Below, piece by piece: positions 27,355 through 37,265 of a stretch of 64,000 nt of DNA. The position numbers and the translations under genes were made by a program. The stretch is from a virus. Taxonomy: Duplodnaviria; Caudoviricetes. Under the pieces are notes generated by a model that saw only the letters and a list, made by a program, of their open reading frames with translations, had not been told where the DNA came from and ran no database searches. Location: positions 6,125-70,124 of IMG/VR virus record IMGVR_UViG_3300026194_000310, one strand, 5' to 3'. Each line of letters starts with the position of its first letter. Position 1 is the first letter of the stretch.

Positions 27355-29617
27355 TTTGCACCTCCAGTTCTGATATGCTTTCAAAGGCTCCAAGGCCGAG
27401 ATGGTATGCCGCAAGGCTTCCACGCTCGATCTCCTGAAGATCGCCTTCGATGATTTCGTTGTATTCTGTCTTTGGCTTTACGCAGTCGTCATCCAGTTCT
27501 GTATAAGCGGTCTTTATGAGCTTCTTTGCCGGAAGATTGAAACCTCCGATAAAAGGCTCCGTCTCAAACGGCAGGATCACAAGCCCGGTCAGCGTTACGA
27601 AGTCCGAAGTGGAGATCGTAAGTGAATCCATCCGGCCACGGTCAAGGCTTCGCTCGGTGCCGCCGGAAATCTCAAAGGACTGCCTAAGCCGGAAATCTGT
27701 ATCGTCCATGACATAGATCCGGCTGTAGGACATTTTCCGCTTGTCGCTTATATCCACCACGTCATGGACGACCGGAGCAAAGATGCGAAGTTCATCCGAA
27801 AGCGTGTAAAGCGGCATGCCGGAAAGCAGCACCTTTGAAATGGCATCGGAGCTTCCTGCCGGTGTTGGCGTAATCAGCCTTGTTTCCACGGAACCTTCCA
27901 AGGCCAGATGTTGCATACCGGATAGCAGGATCATGGTCATATCGTCGCTTGCCGTAATACGTCCGTCCCATCTGTCCTGTGCGCCCAAGCCCTGACCGGA
28001 GATGACTGCGAGGATGTTCTGTGTGGCAATCGCAGCAGAGCCGGAGCCCACGGAAATCCAGACCTCGAAGGTGTGCAGCATCTTTTCTGCCATATCAAGG
28101 AGCGGGTAATAGAGGTTTAGGACATGCATCCCGGAGTGCCATGTTTCCTGCGGGTGGAATTCTGCAATCTCCACACCGTCCTTGACATAGGTAACCGTGA
28201 TAAGTGCCTGCTCGTCCTCCTCCCAAGAGGCAGGAACGGATACGGTGGCCGCAAGCTCCTGCTCCGGGACGATCACATCGCCGGACTCTGCATCGTCGAT
28301 TTCAGGAAGATGCGCAGTTCCGGTTCCCTCCGAGGTGACCTCTCTTGTTTGAGGGTCTGACGTGACATTTAAGAGGATGGCAGCCTTGAACTCGCAGTCG
28401 GTCTCTTCCTGTGTGGCAAATTCTATATTGACGATCTGCACCTTTTCCTCGCCAATGCTGTAGGGCATGGAGTTTATGTAGGAGTAGGTCGTCATCTTGG
28501 TGGCCTCCACGGAATTCATAAGGCCACTGATGTTTTTATCATTTTTGCTTTTGGCTTCCGCAAGGCGAGGGTTCTTTCCCACGCACTTAAGGGAGCACTT
28601 CCCGTTGATTTTTATGGTGATGGAGGTAATGGCCGCCATCTGGTTTTCGTCTGCCTGACCTCCGGTAAAGGTCAAGATATCGCCGGGATCAAGTGCCGGA
28701 TCACCGATAGTCTCGGAATCAAACGGCACATAACTTATGACGGCGATGGTGTTTAGGAGTGTTGTGAGGATTCGCCGCCTCGTTTCCTCCAGACCGAACT
28801 GTAGCAGGTAGTTGACCTCCAGATTCATGGTCAGACCGTCATCCGGGTCAAGGGAATAGTATTCTGCCGTCTCTGTTCGCTTGTTCGTGGAGTTTATCGC
28901 CGTATAGCGGGTCACGAAGTCCGAGAAGCTGGAGGAGTAACGGTGGGTGTTATTTACCGTTACCATCGGCTCTGCCGTATACTGCACAAGCTGCAGCTTT
29001 CCTTCGCGATTGATCTGGGCAAAGCAGCCGAGAGCCTGTGCCAGATAGTGCAAAAAATCCCGCCAAGTCTCGATGTCGTTTTCCGGGTAGACGCCAAGAA
29101 GCTCCGTGCCGTTTGGCAGGGCTTCGATTTCTGCCTGCGTGTGTGCAAGCTCTACGCCGCAGGTGGTACACATGACAGAAAGGAAGTCGTAAGGATAGCC
29201 GCTGGTCTGCGCCTCGTTGTATTCCTTGTCGAAGTTCAGCATGGCGTCGTAAGCCTTTAGCTCCAGCGTCTTTACCTGCCGGTTTGCCTCGGCCACAAAG
29301 AAGATGCCCATCGGGACATCCTCGACGGTGCTATCCGGGAGGTTTAAGTGAAAGTACAGCTCGACCTTGGCGTTTTCCAGCGAGTAGCGGTCAACACTCG
29401 AAAAAAGAGAAATGCCCAGCTCTGCCGCATAGACAGAGCCGAGCTCGATTTCAGAGGAACCGGAGCACTGCCGGGATACATACCCGGAGCCTTTTACGAT
29501 GTCCTCGTTTGTGAAAGGATATTCTCGTCCGGCGGTCGTGGTGATCTTCCCAGACCATGTGAAGGAGCGGGTGTTTTCCTGTATCGCTGTTTTATATGCG
29601 TCTGATACGCTGTACAT
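27347..29617 (-). CDS. Tail hub/Tal-like structural protein
   Basis: Follows the Dit-like gene; VPMGIFFV...ELKAYDAM, GDPALDPGDIL. Confidence 0.65.
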   Translation of the reverse strand: MYSVSDAYKTAIQENTRSFTWSGKITTTAGREYPFTNEDIVKGSGYVSRQCSGSSEIELGSVYAAELGISLFSSVDRYSLENAKVELYFHLNLPDSTVEDVPMGIFFVAEANRQVKTLELKAYDAMLNFDKEYNEAQTSGYPYDFLSVMCTTCGVELAHTQAEIEALPNGTELLGVYPENDIETWRDFLHYLAQALGCFAQINREGKLQLVQYTAEPMVTVNNTHRYSSSFSDFVTRYTAINSTNKRTETAEYYSLDPDDGLTMNLEVNYLLQFGLEETRRRILTTLLNTIAVISYVPFDSETIGDPALDPGDILTFTGGQADENQMAAITSITIKINGKCSLKCVGKNPRLAEAKSKNDKNISGLMNSVEATKMTTYSYINSMPYSIGEEKVQIVNIEFATQEETDCEFKAAILLNVTSDPQTREVTSEGTGTAHLPEIDDAESGDVIVPEQELAATVSVPASWEEDEQALITVTYVKDGVEIAEFHPQETWHSGMHVLNLYYPLLDMAEKMLHTFEVWISVGSGSAAIATQNILAVISGQGLGAQDRWDGRITASDDMTMILLSGMQHLALEGSVETRLITPTPAGSSDAISKVLLSGMPLYTLSDELRIFAPVVHDVVDISDKRKMSYSRIYVMDDTDFRLRQSFEISGGTERSLDRGRMDSLTISTSDFVTLTGLVILPFETEPFIGGFNLPAKKLIKTAYTELDDDCVKPKTEYNEIIEGDLQEIERGSLAAYHLGLGAFESISELEVQNG

Positions 29618-29636
29618 GAGAATCGCTCCTTCCCGT

Positions 29637-30002
29637 TTAATATTCCTTCAGCGTGAAGCTGACCTTCCATAAGCCTTTCTTGCTGGTGTCGTGGGCGAGG
29701 GAAACCTTGAATCCGTCCATGTACATCTCTCGGTTTTCCCTGACCATCGTCTCGGTATTAAAAAAGTCCACGGAGAGCCGTGGGAGGCTTCGCATCGCGG
29801 ACAGGGTTTTAAGCCACGCAGGAGATACCTGAAAGGCCACGGATATTTCTGCCACGCCGGAGCGGACAATATCTCTCTGGGTGGTTCCTGCCTCAGTCTC
29901 ACCGGAGGAGTCAGCCTCCACGTCAGAAAGAGACAGGTCATAAGATGTCGGAAGCGGCATTTCCGTGCCGTCAATCCGTAGGTAATTTGTAAATGCCATC
30001 AT
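29637..30002 (-). CDS. Distal tail (Dit-like) protein
   Basis: Immediately after the tape measure gene; SGETEAGTTQRDIVR. Confidence 0.6.
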   Translation of the reverse strand: MMAFTNYLRIDGTEMPLPTSYDLSLSDVEADSSGETEAGTTQRDIVRSGVAEISVAFQVSPAWLKTLSAMRSLPRLSVDFFNTETMVRENREMYMDGFKVSLAHDTSKKGLWKVSFTLKEY

Positions 30003-32722
30003 CTGCCTCCTGACCGGAGTGCCATCCGCTGCTGGGCTGTGACGATGGTCTCATCAAGCAGCGTGCCTCCAAGATAAACCGGGATGGTGATATCGCCTCC
30101 GCCGCCGACTCCTGCAAGAGCAGTAACGATAGCCGAGGTCTGTCCGGCCACGGCATCCTGAATCATGCCGCGCAGGGAGTCGACACCGACAATGGCCTCT
30201 GCACCGGCTTCTCCAGCGCCAAGGAGTGTATTCCCACTCATGCCGAAAATGGTCGGTGAGTCGAGAATCATGCCATTGCCCATCGCCTTCTTGTACCATT
30301 CCACAGAAAAATGCGGGATGGACGGCGGGTTTAGAGAGAAGCTCCCGGAAATGGAGAAGTGCGGCAGCTTGATCTTTGGCAGCTCCCAGTGGAAGTTGAA
30401 TACGTTCTTCAGCTTGTTCACGATGCCGGAGATAAAATTCCAGATCCCGTTGAATACATTAGAAACCGTATTCTTGATGCCGTTTAGGACATTCGATATC
30501 GTATTTTTTATGGCGTTGAAGGCTGTGGTGATACCATTTTTCACGGTATTTACCACAGTCGTGATGGTGGTCTTTATCCCGTTCCAGACCGTAGATACCA
30601 CAGTTTTTATGGCATTCATCACGGTGGTGACCGCCGTCTTCATGGCATTCCATGCCGTGGTGATGAAGGTCTGGATTGCCGTGACGACTGTTGTGACCAC
30701 GGTCTTTATTGCGTTCCATACCGTCGTAACCACAGTCTTTATCACATTCAGGACGGTCTCGATGATCGTCTTGTAGATATTGAAGTAAGTGGTGACGATG
30801 GTTTTTATCACATTGAACACGGTCTCAAAAACAGTCTTTATGGCGTTCCAGATCGTTTCAAAGAAAGTCTTTATGGCATTAAAGACCGTCTGCACCGTGG
30901 TCGTGATCGCTGTCCAAGCACCCGTGAGGAAGGTGCTGATGCCGTTCACCGCTGCCTCGAAGATTCCCTTGATGGTCTCCCAGACAATGGAGAAGAAGCT
31001 CTTGATCGCCTCCCAAGCCGTAACGACTGCCTGCTTGATGTTTTCCCACAGGTCAATCCAGAATTGCCTAAAGCCCTCGTTCGTATTCCAAAGATAGATG
31101 AAGGCTGCCACCAGCGCCGCAATCGCAGCGATGATAAGGACTATCGGGTTTGCCAGCATGGTCGCGTTCAGTGCAGCCATCGCGCCTTTTACCACACCGA
31201 TTGCAGCAGAAACCTGCGGTATGATCGTCATAATCGTGCCGACCGCCGAGATGATCTTTCCGACCACCACCAGAATCGGGCCGATAGCAGCAGCCACAAG
31301 GGCGATCTTTACAATCGTCTGCTGAACCGGAGCCGGAATCTTGCTCCACATTTCAGCAAAGGCCTTCAGGGCTGCGGAGATGTCCTTTAAGACCGGAGCC
31401 AGAACGGTGGCAAGGGTGTTTCCGATTTCCGCGCCGGTCTCCTTCAGGGAGTTCATCGTCATCTTGAACTGGTCAATCGGGTCGAGGGTCTCGTTGAAGG
31501 TGTTCTCGACACTTCCCTCAAAGTCACCGAGGGAACCGGCAAGGTCGTCAAGACTCAGCTTTCCGGTCTGGACGGCATTGTATATCGACGCTCCGGCCTT
31601 GCTTCCGAAAAGGTCATAGGCCGCCTGCAGCTTTTCTGTTTCAGAGCCGTTGCCCTTCATGGTCTGGGAGAAATCAGAAAGCGCCTGATCCAGCGTTTTG
31701 CCGTCTTTCGTCGCGTTTTTCATGGCGGTCTTAAGACCCATCATGGCAGAGGAGGTATCCAGACCGGACATCTCCACCATGCCCATGAAACCGGCAGCCT
31801 GCTGGGCGGTCAGTCCCATTTCCTTCAGCTGAATGGCATTGGAGGAAAGAGCGCCCGCGAGGGTATCCATATCAATGCCGGTAGCCTGACCGGTTGCGTT
31901 TAACGCATCAAGAAGGGAGTCTGCCTCAGATGCATCCATGCCGAAGGCGTTCATAACCGAGGATACATTGTCGATGGATGTCGAAACATCGGTGTCGTTG
32001 AGCTGGGCAAACTTTATGAATTTTGCAGAGAGATCATCAAGCGCCTGCCCGGTTAAGCCAAAGCGGGTGTTGACCTCGCCGACAGCGGCACCGGCAGTTT
32101 CGAAGTCCGTCGGTATCTCTGTGGCGAGGTCTTTGACGATCTGGTTCATGTCTTCCAGAGCTTTTCCCGTAGCGCCGGTTTTCTGCGCCACGATATCAAG
32201 CCCTGCATCCACTTCATTAAAGGCAGCAAGGGAAGCTGCGCCGATGGCCATAATAGGAGCCGTGACATGCGTGGTCAGTCCTGTACCCACACTGGATATC
32301 TTGCCGCCGACTTCCTGCAGCTTGCTTCCGGTCTGTTTTAGGGTAGCCGAGATATGGGAGTCTGTTTCTCTACACTGCTGTTCGAGGTTTTTGAGCTCGT
32401 TTTCTGTCTCTATGATCTCACGCTGCCATGCATCATATTGCTGCTGGGTGACGGTACCGTTTTTGAGTCCAGCATCCATCTGGTCTTGCACGGACTTCAG
32501 CTGTGTGAGCTTATCTTTCGTTTCGGAGACAGCCTGTTTAAGGAGCTTCTGTTTCTGCTCAAGCAGCGTGGTATTCGTCGGGTCGAGCTTCAAGAGCTTA
32601 TTGACGTCTTTAAGCTGACTCTGCGTGTTTTTGATTTCCTTGTTTACGCCGGAGAGCGCTTTGGAAAGGCCGGTCGTATCGCCGCCGATTTCCACGGTTA
32701 TGCCTTTTATCCTGTCAGCCAT
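29999..32722 (-). CDS. Tail tape measure protein
   Basis: RIKGITVEIGGDTTGL N-terminus, 11-residue W/F-periodic repeats, LPKIKLPHFSISG C-terminal block. Confidence 0.9.
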   Translation of the reverse strand: MADRIKGITVEIGGDTTGLSKALSGVNKEIKNTQSQLKDVNKLLKLDPTNTTLLEQKQKLLKQAVSETKDKLTQLKSVQDQMDAGLKNGTVTQQQYDAWQREIIETENELKNLEQQCRETDSHISATLKQTGSKLQEVGGKISSVGTGLTTHVTAPIMAIGAASLAAFNEVDAGLDIVAQKTGATGKALEDMNQIVKDLATEIPTDFETAGAAVGEVNTRFGLTGQALDDLSAKFIKFAQLNDTDVSTSIDNVSSVMNAFGMDASEADSLLDALNATGQATGIDMDTLAGALSSNAIQLKEMGLTAQQAAGFMGMVEMSGLDTSSAMMGLKTAMKNATKDGKTLDQALSDFSQTMKGNGSETEKLQAAYDLFGSKAGASIYNAVQTGKLSLDDLAGSLGDFEGSVENTFNETLDPIDQFKMTMNSLKETGAEIGNTLATVLAPVLKDISAALKAFAEMWSKIPAPVQQTIVKIALVAAAIGPILVVVGKIISAVGTIMTIIPQVSAAIGVVKGAMAALNATMLANPIVLIIAAIAALVAAFIYLWNTNEGFRQFWIDLWENIKQAVVTAWEAIKSFFSIVWETIKGIFEAAVNGISTFLTGAWTAITTTVQTVFNAIKTFFETIWNAIKTVFETVFNVIKTIVTTYFNIYKTIIETVLNVIKTVVTTVWNAIKTVVTTVVTAIQTFITTAWNAMKTAVTTVMNAIKTVVSTVWNGIKTTITTVVNTVKNGITTAFNAIKNTISNVLNGIKNTVSNVFNGIWNFISGIVNKLKNVFNFHWELPKIKLPHFSISGSFSLNPPSIPHFSVEWYKKAMGNGMILDSPTIFGMSGNTLLGAGEAGAEAIVGVDSLRGMIQDAVAGQTSAIVTALAGVGGGGDITIPVYLGGTLLDETIVTAQQRMALRSGGR

Positions 32723-32740
32723 GCGATGACCTCCTTCCTG

Positions 32741-32905
32741 TTAAAAACGATCCATCTGTGCCTGCGTAGCGACCTCGGCGAACGGATAATCGTCCATGTC
32801 CATTTCTGAATACATGTCGTTGACAGTCCCGATGGTGAGCAAATCGAGCTCCGAGATTTGAAGCCCGATCTGCACACACCGGAGTAAAAAGAGCGGGGTT
32901 GTCAT
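32741..32905 (-). CDS. Tail assembly chaperone GT extension (-1 frame)
   Basis: MTTPLFLLRCVQIGLQISELDLLTIGTVNDM...QAQMDRF, in the -1 frame after an A8C slippery run. Confidence 0.7.
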   Translation of the reverse strand: MTTPLFLLRCVQIGLQISELDLLTIGTVNDMYSEMDMDDYPFAEVATQAQMDRF

Positions 32906-33279
32906 TTCCCGCTCAGTGTTGCGATGTTTTTTTTAGAGGTAACCTGCTGTTCCACGTTCAGTCCCCACAGCTGAATGATCTGCGGGAGAATCTCGTAAAT
33001 CGAGAAGGTATTAAACTGGTCGAGCCAGTCCTCCGGAGTATCCGGGACGTCCGGGTTCTGATGCTTTGCCATGAGCCACGCGATGTTCTCGAAAAGCTCA
33101 AGGGAGAAGGTATCCAGATTAGAGTTTTCCGGATCGTTCTCGTCGATGCCTTTCTGCAGCTCATTCAAGTCCTTGTAGATATCCCGGTGAAACTTGTTTC
33201 TGTAAAGACGAGGGATGGCGGCAGAGGCACGGAAGGTGACCTCCTTGCCGTCAATCTCGACGGATTTTGTTACTGCCAT
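32902..33279 (-). CDS. Tail assembly chaperone (gpG-like)
   Basis: Between the major tail and tape measure genes; ends TSKKN over the slippery site. Confidence 0.8.
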   Translation of the reverse strand: MAVTKSVEIDGKEVTFRASAAIPRLYRNKFHRDIYKDLNELQKGIDENDPENSNLDTFSLELFENIAWLMAKHQNPDVPDTPEDWLDQFNTFSIYEILPQIIQLWGLNVEQQVTSKKNIATLSGK

Positions 33280-33290
33280 AGTGCGCCTCC

Positions 33291-33899
33291 TTACTCAGTC
33301 ACATCTTCCGCAGGCGTCTCAGGGACATTCACAGCGGCCTGCGGCTGATAGACTGCGTTGTACCAGTTGTTGTAGGTCTCCTCACTGGTATTGGTGCCGG
33401 TCTTGACCTTCACGAGACCGGAAGGCAGAGGCGTTGCCGTAATGGAGAGCGTTTCCGTCTGCACCTCGGTGGAGTCCTCCTTTGTGCTGCCGGAGACAGA
33501 GGGACGGGTCGCGCTGCAGTAGTACATGCAGTGACGGATCTTCCTCTGGTCGCCGGAGAACTCAAAGAGCAGCGCAAAATGCTCAGGCTCCACGTCCTTG
33601 TTCTCAGCGATGACGCCGTTGGCATCCTCAACCTCGTGCATGACATCCGTAAGAAAGCTCTCCGGAATCAGCGCCAGCTCGAAGTCGCCGGAATAGCCGT
33701 TGTTGTTAGAGACCATGTAATATACGGAGTCGTCCGCATAGAACGGGTCGTTTTCACCCTCTGCATCAAGCGAAAGGGATACTGCGCCGGGCATCGCAAC
33801 AGGTGTACCGAAGGTGACGGTGCCGTCCTCGGCCAGCGTTGCGATAGCGTAGTGGCAGTTTTTCAGGCCAAACTTGACCTTGTTTTTCTTATTAGCCAT
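33291..33899 (-). CDS. Major tail protein (phi13 family)
   Basis: NKVKFGLKNCHYA, FYADD, FALLFEFSGD. Confidence 0.85.
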   Translation of the reverse strand: MANKKNKVKFGLKNCHYAIATLAEDGTVTFGTPVAMPGAVSLSLDAEGENDPFYADDSVYYMVSNNNGYSGDFELALIPESFLTDVMHEVEDANGVIAENKDVEPEHFALLFEFSGDQRKIRHCMYYCSATRPSVSGSTKEDSTEVQTETLSITATPLPSGLVKVKTGTNTSEETYNNWYNAVYQPQAAVNVPETPAEDVTE

Positions 33900-33905
33900 A
33901 GTGGT

Positions 33906-34232
33906 TTATCCTCCTATCATCTGTGTTTGATAAAGAACCTCGTACATCTTTTCCGATTCGATCCAGACCTCCGACTTCTCATAGGGAAGCTCATGGGAGA
34001 GGAGGATGTCCTCGATGGTGGTTTCTATCTCCGGGTCTTTCTTGTCCGTGTAAAGCTCGATGTTTAACTGGTCGATTTTCTTATAGACCGTGTCATCAGC
34101 GAACACGTTATCCGTTCCCGGAAACAGAAAAACGAGGAAGGGCGGGTCTGGCGACTCACCTTCGGCAAAATGGTCGTAGGCAAGTGGGAGCCCGGCTTCC
34201 TCCAGCATTTCGATTACATTGTCGTATGTCAT
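33906..34232 (-). CDS. Tail completion/terminator protein
   Basis: Position; AYDHF...DPPFLVF...ELYTDKKD. Confidence 0.65.
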   Translation of the reverse strand: MTYDNVIEMLEEAGLPLAYDHFAEGESPDPPFLVFLFPGTDNVFADDTVYKKIDQLNIELYTDKKDPEIETTIEDILLSHELPYEKSEVWIESEKMYEVLYQTQMIGG

Positions 34233-34233
34233 A

Positions 34234-34617
34234 TCAGCCGCCTTTCAGTTTCTGCTCGATGGTCTGCATCAGCTTTTCATTTCCGCGCTGCTCGGCAGAG
34301 GCGATATGAGGCTTTGCAGCAACTCGGCCTCCTCCGCGCTTGGCGTGGCCATGTTCCAAGAGGTGCGCGATCTGGTAGCGGTTCCTCGAATGCACCACAA
34401 GCTCGATGCTCTCGGAATCCTCCCGGACGTTTTTGACCGACCAGCTTTTCTTGTACTTGCCGGTATCCACGGGAGCGCCTGACTGTATGTCCTTGCGGAC
34501 GGAAGCTGCCGTTTCCTTGACCGCAGCTTTCAGCTCATCAGCGGCAAGGTCGGCATACTTTTCAAGCTCCTCCATGATCGCGTTATCCATTTCGTCGATT
34601 GATACGGTTCTGCTCAT
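34234..34617 (-). CDS. HK97 gp10-like protein
   Basis: APVDTGKYKKSW, AHLLEHGH, AKPHI. Confidence 0.8.
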   Translation of the reverse strand: MSRTVSIDEMDNAIMEELEKYADLAADELKAAVKETAASVRKDIQSGAPVDTGKYKKSWSVKNVREDSESIELVVHSRNRYQIAHLLEHGHAKRGGGRVAAKPHIASAEQRGNEKLMQTIEQKLKGG

Positions 34618-34946
34618 TTCGGTTTCTCCAGCTTGCAGTTGAATTTGATGCTGTTTCGCTTGTAGCCCATCGGATTTACATAGGTGATGTTGTAGGTCTT
34701 GCCCTCAGCTATGATCCGGTACTTCGTGGATTCCACGACAGACAGCTCGGAGCAGTAGCGGCAGGTAAAATCCAGCGATTCCTCTGGGTTTATCACGACG
34801 CCGGTGGACTCGGAACCGGTGCTTGTGCCTACGGTCGCCCAGCAGGAGAAGTAATCCGTCCAGCCGTTTTTGTGGTTTCCGTACTTATCAACCGTGACCG
34901 CATTCTTCTGAAAGGTGACGCGCACCCGCATTGCTGCAATATTCAT
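34614..34946 (-). CDS. Head closure / head-tail adaptor
   Basis: MRVRVTFQ...WATV; position in the neck module. Confidence 0.75.
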   Translation of the reverse strand: MNIAAMRVRVTFQKNAVTVDKYGNHKNGWTDYFSCWATVGTSTGSESTGVVINPEESLDFTCRYCSELSVVESTKYRIIAEGKTYNITYVNPMGYKRNSIKFNCKLEKPK

Positions 34947-35233
34947 CAGAAGCCCTCCTTCCGGGTGCCAAAGAGAAGAGACCGAAGCGTCATATTGAGC
35001 GCATGGTGATCTGCTTCCTCCCGGTGCTCGTACAGGTAGCCTACGGTATAGAGCACGGCCACACGGATGCGGATCAGGGCTTTTTCTTCATTTGCCATAA
35101 ACTCCTCGTCGGACTGTCTTGTGATGTCCTGCACCTGCTTTGTCGCAGCAGAGATCAGGCTTTCAATCAGGCTGTCCTCGTCACCTGTAGAGACGCGGAG
35201 ATAGGTCTTTGCTTCTTCCAGTGTTACTTCCAT
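34946..35233 (-). CDS. Head-tail connector (gp6-like)
   Basis: VTLEEAKTYLRV...AVLYTVGYLYEHRE. Confidence 0.8.
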   Translation of the reverse strand: MEVTLEEAKTYLRVSTGDEDSLIESLISAATKQVQDITRQSDEEFMANEEKALIRIRVAVLYTVGYLYEHREEADHHALNMTLRSLLFGTRKEGF

Positions 35234-35303
35234 GTCCGCCTCCTTTAAATGAAACCGCCCGCAGAGAGGGTGATCCCTGCGGACGGCTGGTTACAGTAGT
35301 TTC

Positions 35304-36521
35304 TTATCCTCTCGAAGAAGAGGCTGCCTTGACGGACAGACCCTTTACAGCCTCCGGAAGGATGAGCTTGCCGTCTACGCGCTCGGAAGCAAGGAAGCCG
35401 ATCTGGCCGTTTGCCGCATAGAGCTCGGAGAGGCGCTTGAAGGAGCGTCCCTGACGGTCAGCGATCCAGTAGAAGCTGAAGTCGCCAAAGAGGATCGCGG
35501 TATTGCCCGCAGCAAGCTCCGGTGCGTAGATGCTGGTCTTGTAAGGACGGTTCAGGATGGTGTCGGGCTGGCCAGCCACAACAGAGGGCTGCCAGATATA
35601 GTTCCCGTTGTTGTCCTTGATCTTCCTGAGCGCCTTGATGGTGGTATCGTTCAAGATCCAGATGGCCTTGTTCCTGTAGACGCTGCGAAGCGAATGGAAC
35701 ACGTCCATGATGTCGTCGAAGGACACCGTGGCATTGTTGATCTCTGTGGTCGCGCCGGTAGTGGCTGCCACCTTGGTGAACACGCCTTCGGGCTTTTTGT
35801 TGCCGTCGCCGATCAGGAAAGCCTCCTCCTCGGCAGCACCGATCCTGCGTGCAAACTCGGTGGAGATGTACTTTTCGAGGTCGAAAACGGAGTCGTTCAT
35901 CAGCTCCTCGGAAACCTTGATCGCCGTGCCCAGCTTGTAAGCGGAAAGGCTGATCTGGTCGAAGGTATCGTCGGATTCAGGGTACAGGCCGTTCTCATCC
36001 ATCCAAGCGGCAGTGCCGTGAGAGGCGACGACCGGAATGGTGTGGGTGCCGGACTGGGTCTGAATGACCGTAGCGAGGGAACGGAAGAAGTTCTCCTCCT
36101 GAAGCGCGTCGATCAGCTGCTTTTCGTACTCGTCCGGGACGAGATATCCGCCGTTGGCATCGGTGCCGACCTCCAGCACGTTCTGGACATCGTAGTAGTT
36201 GCGCTTGCGGATGTTGTTCCAGAAGGCGGAGCGGTATGCCTTGGAAGCGATGCCGGGCTTATCCTCCGGCTCATCCTTGGCACCGGGCTTTCCGGTAAGG
36301 GGAGCAGAGGTCGGTGCGCTCATCATCTTGTCGATCTGCTCCTGACGCTGCAGGCGCTCGATATCGTGGGTGAGGTCGGTGACTTCCTTCTCCATCTTGT
36401 CATAGGTTGCGGCATCCTCCGCAGAAACCATGCCGCCGTTCTGAGAGTGGGTGTTAAGAAAAGCCTTTGCAGCCTCCCATGCCTTCGCTCTCTTTTCCAT
36501 GAGTTCCATAATCTGAGTCAT
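35304..36521 (-). CDS. Major capsid protein (HK97 fold)
   Basis: GGYLVPDEY, DGKLILPEA, N-terminal coiled-coil delta domain. Confidence 0.9.
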   Translation of the reverse strand: MTQIMELMEKRAKAWEAAKAFLNTHSQNGGMVSAEDAATYDKMEKEVTDLTHDIERLQRQEQIDKMMSAPTSAPLTGKPGAKDEPEDKPGIASKAYRSAFWNNIRKRNYYDVQNVLEVGTDANGGYLVPDEYEKQLIDALQEENFFRSLATVIQTQSGTHTIPVVASHGTAAWMDENGLYPESDDTFDQISLSAYKLGTAIKVSEELMNDSVFDLEKYISTEFARRIGAAEEEAFLIGDGNKKPEGVFTKVAATTGATTEINNATVSFDDIMDVFHSLRSVYRNKAIWILNDTTIKALRKIKDNNGNYIWQPSVVAGQPDTILNRPYKTSIYAPELAAGNTAILFGDFSFYWIADRQGRSFKRLSELYAANGQIGFLASERVDGKLILPEAVKGLSVKAASSSRG

Positions 36522-36536
36522 AATAAAAATCCTCCT

Positions 36537-37265
36537 TTAATGTGTGAGAAGCGAAAGGCGCTTCTCAAGATCGGTTACTGGTACCATGTGTTTATTTGCC
36601 TCCGGCTTTTTCTTAGGGATAAGCCGCGATAGCAGTGAGTCAGTGACGGCCTTGCGGGAGAAAAGCATCTCCGTATCGGCCTCATCGTCCGAGGCAGGTT
36701 CCTCGCCCGCCTTGAACAGAATCTCGTCAGCGAAGCCGAGCTTAACGGCCTCCTTGGCGTTCATCCATGTCTCGGCATCCATCAGCTGTGAAATCTTGTG
36801 GCGGGAAAGCCCGGACTTGATTTCGTAGGCGTTCATGATGGATTCCTTGACTTCGTTTAACATGTCGATGGCCTTCTGCATCTCCTCGGTATCACCGATG
36901 GCGATGGTCGCAGGATTGTGGATCATCATCATGGCCACAGGGCTCATGCAGACCTTGGTACCGGCCATAGCGATGACGGATGCCGCCGAGGCAGCAAGGG
37001 CGTCGATCTTGACCGTTACGTCATGCGGGTAATCCATCAGCATGTTGTAAATCTGTGCAGCAGCAAAAACATCACCGCCCGGACTGTTGATCCAGAGGGT
37101 GATGTTTCCGTCTCCGCTGCTTAATTCATCTTTGAATAACTGTGGTGTGACCTCGTCGCCGAACCATGTCTCATCGGAGATTTCCCCGTCGAGGTAGAGC
37201 GTTCGGTCTGAGCCAAAGCTGTCCGGTTCCTCGTTTCGCACCCAGTTCCAAAACTTTCTGGTCAT
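36537..37265 (-). CDS. ClpP-like head maturation protease
   Basis: INSPGGDVF, AASAASVIAMAG, MMIHNP, ETWMNAKEAVKLGFAD. Confidence 0.9.
   Translation of the reverse strand: MTRKFWNWVRNEEPDSFGSDRTLYLDGEISDETWFGDEVTPQLFKDELSSGDGNITLWINSPGGDVFAAAQIYNMLMDYPHDVTVKIDALAASAASVIAMAGTKVCMSPVAMMMIHNPATIAIGDTEEMQKAIDMLNEVKESIMNAYEIKSGLSRHKISQLMDAETWMNAKEAVKLGFADEILFKAGEEPASDDEADTEMLFSRKAVTDSLLSRLIPKKKPEANKHMVPVTDLEKRLSLLTH

Noticed and set aside
24827-29617. Diversity-generating retroelement targeting the distal tail genes
   Set aside because: No reverse transcriptase ORF in the window, and I found no TR/VR repeat pair differing at adenines
30054-32809. Many long opposite-strand and alternate-frame ORFs over the tape measure gene (and similar ones over the capsid, terminase, endolysin and DUF2800 genes, e.g. 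53615-54910, 38669-39787, 22526-23668)
   Set aside because: Shadow ORFs expected from GC-rich codon bias and coding repeats; no RBS or recognisable motifs
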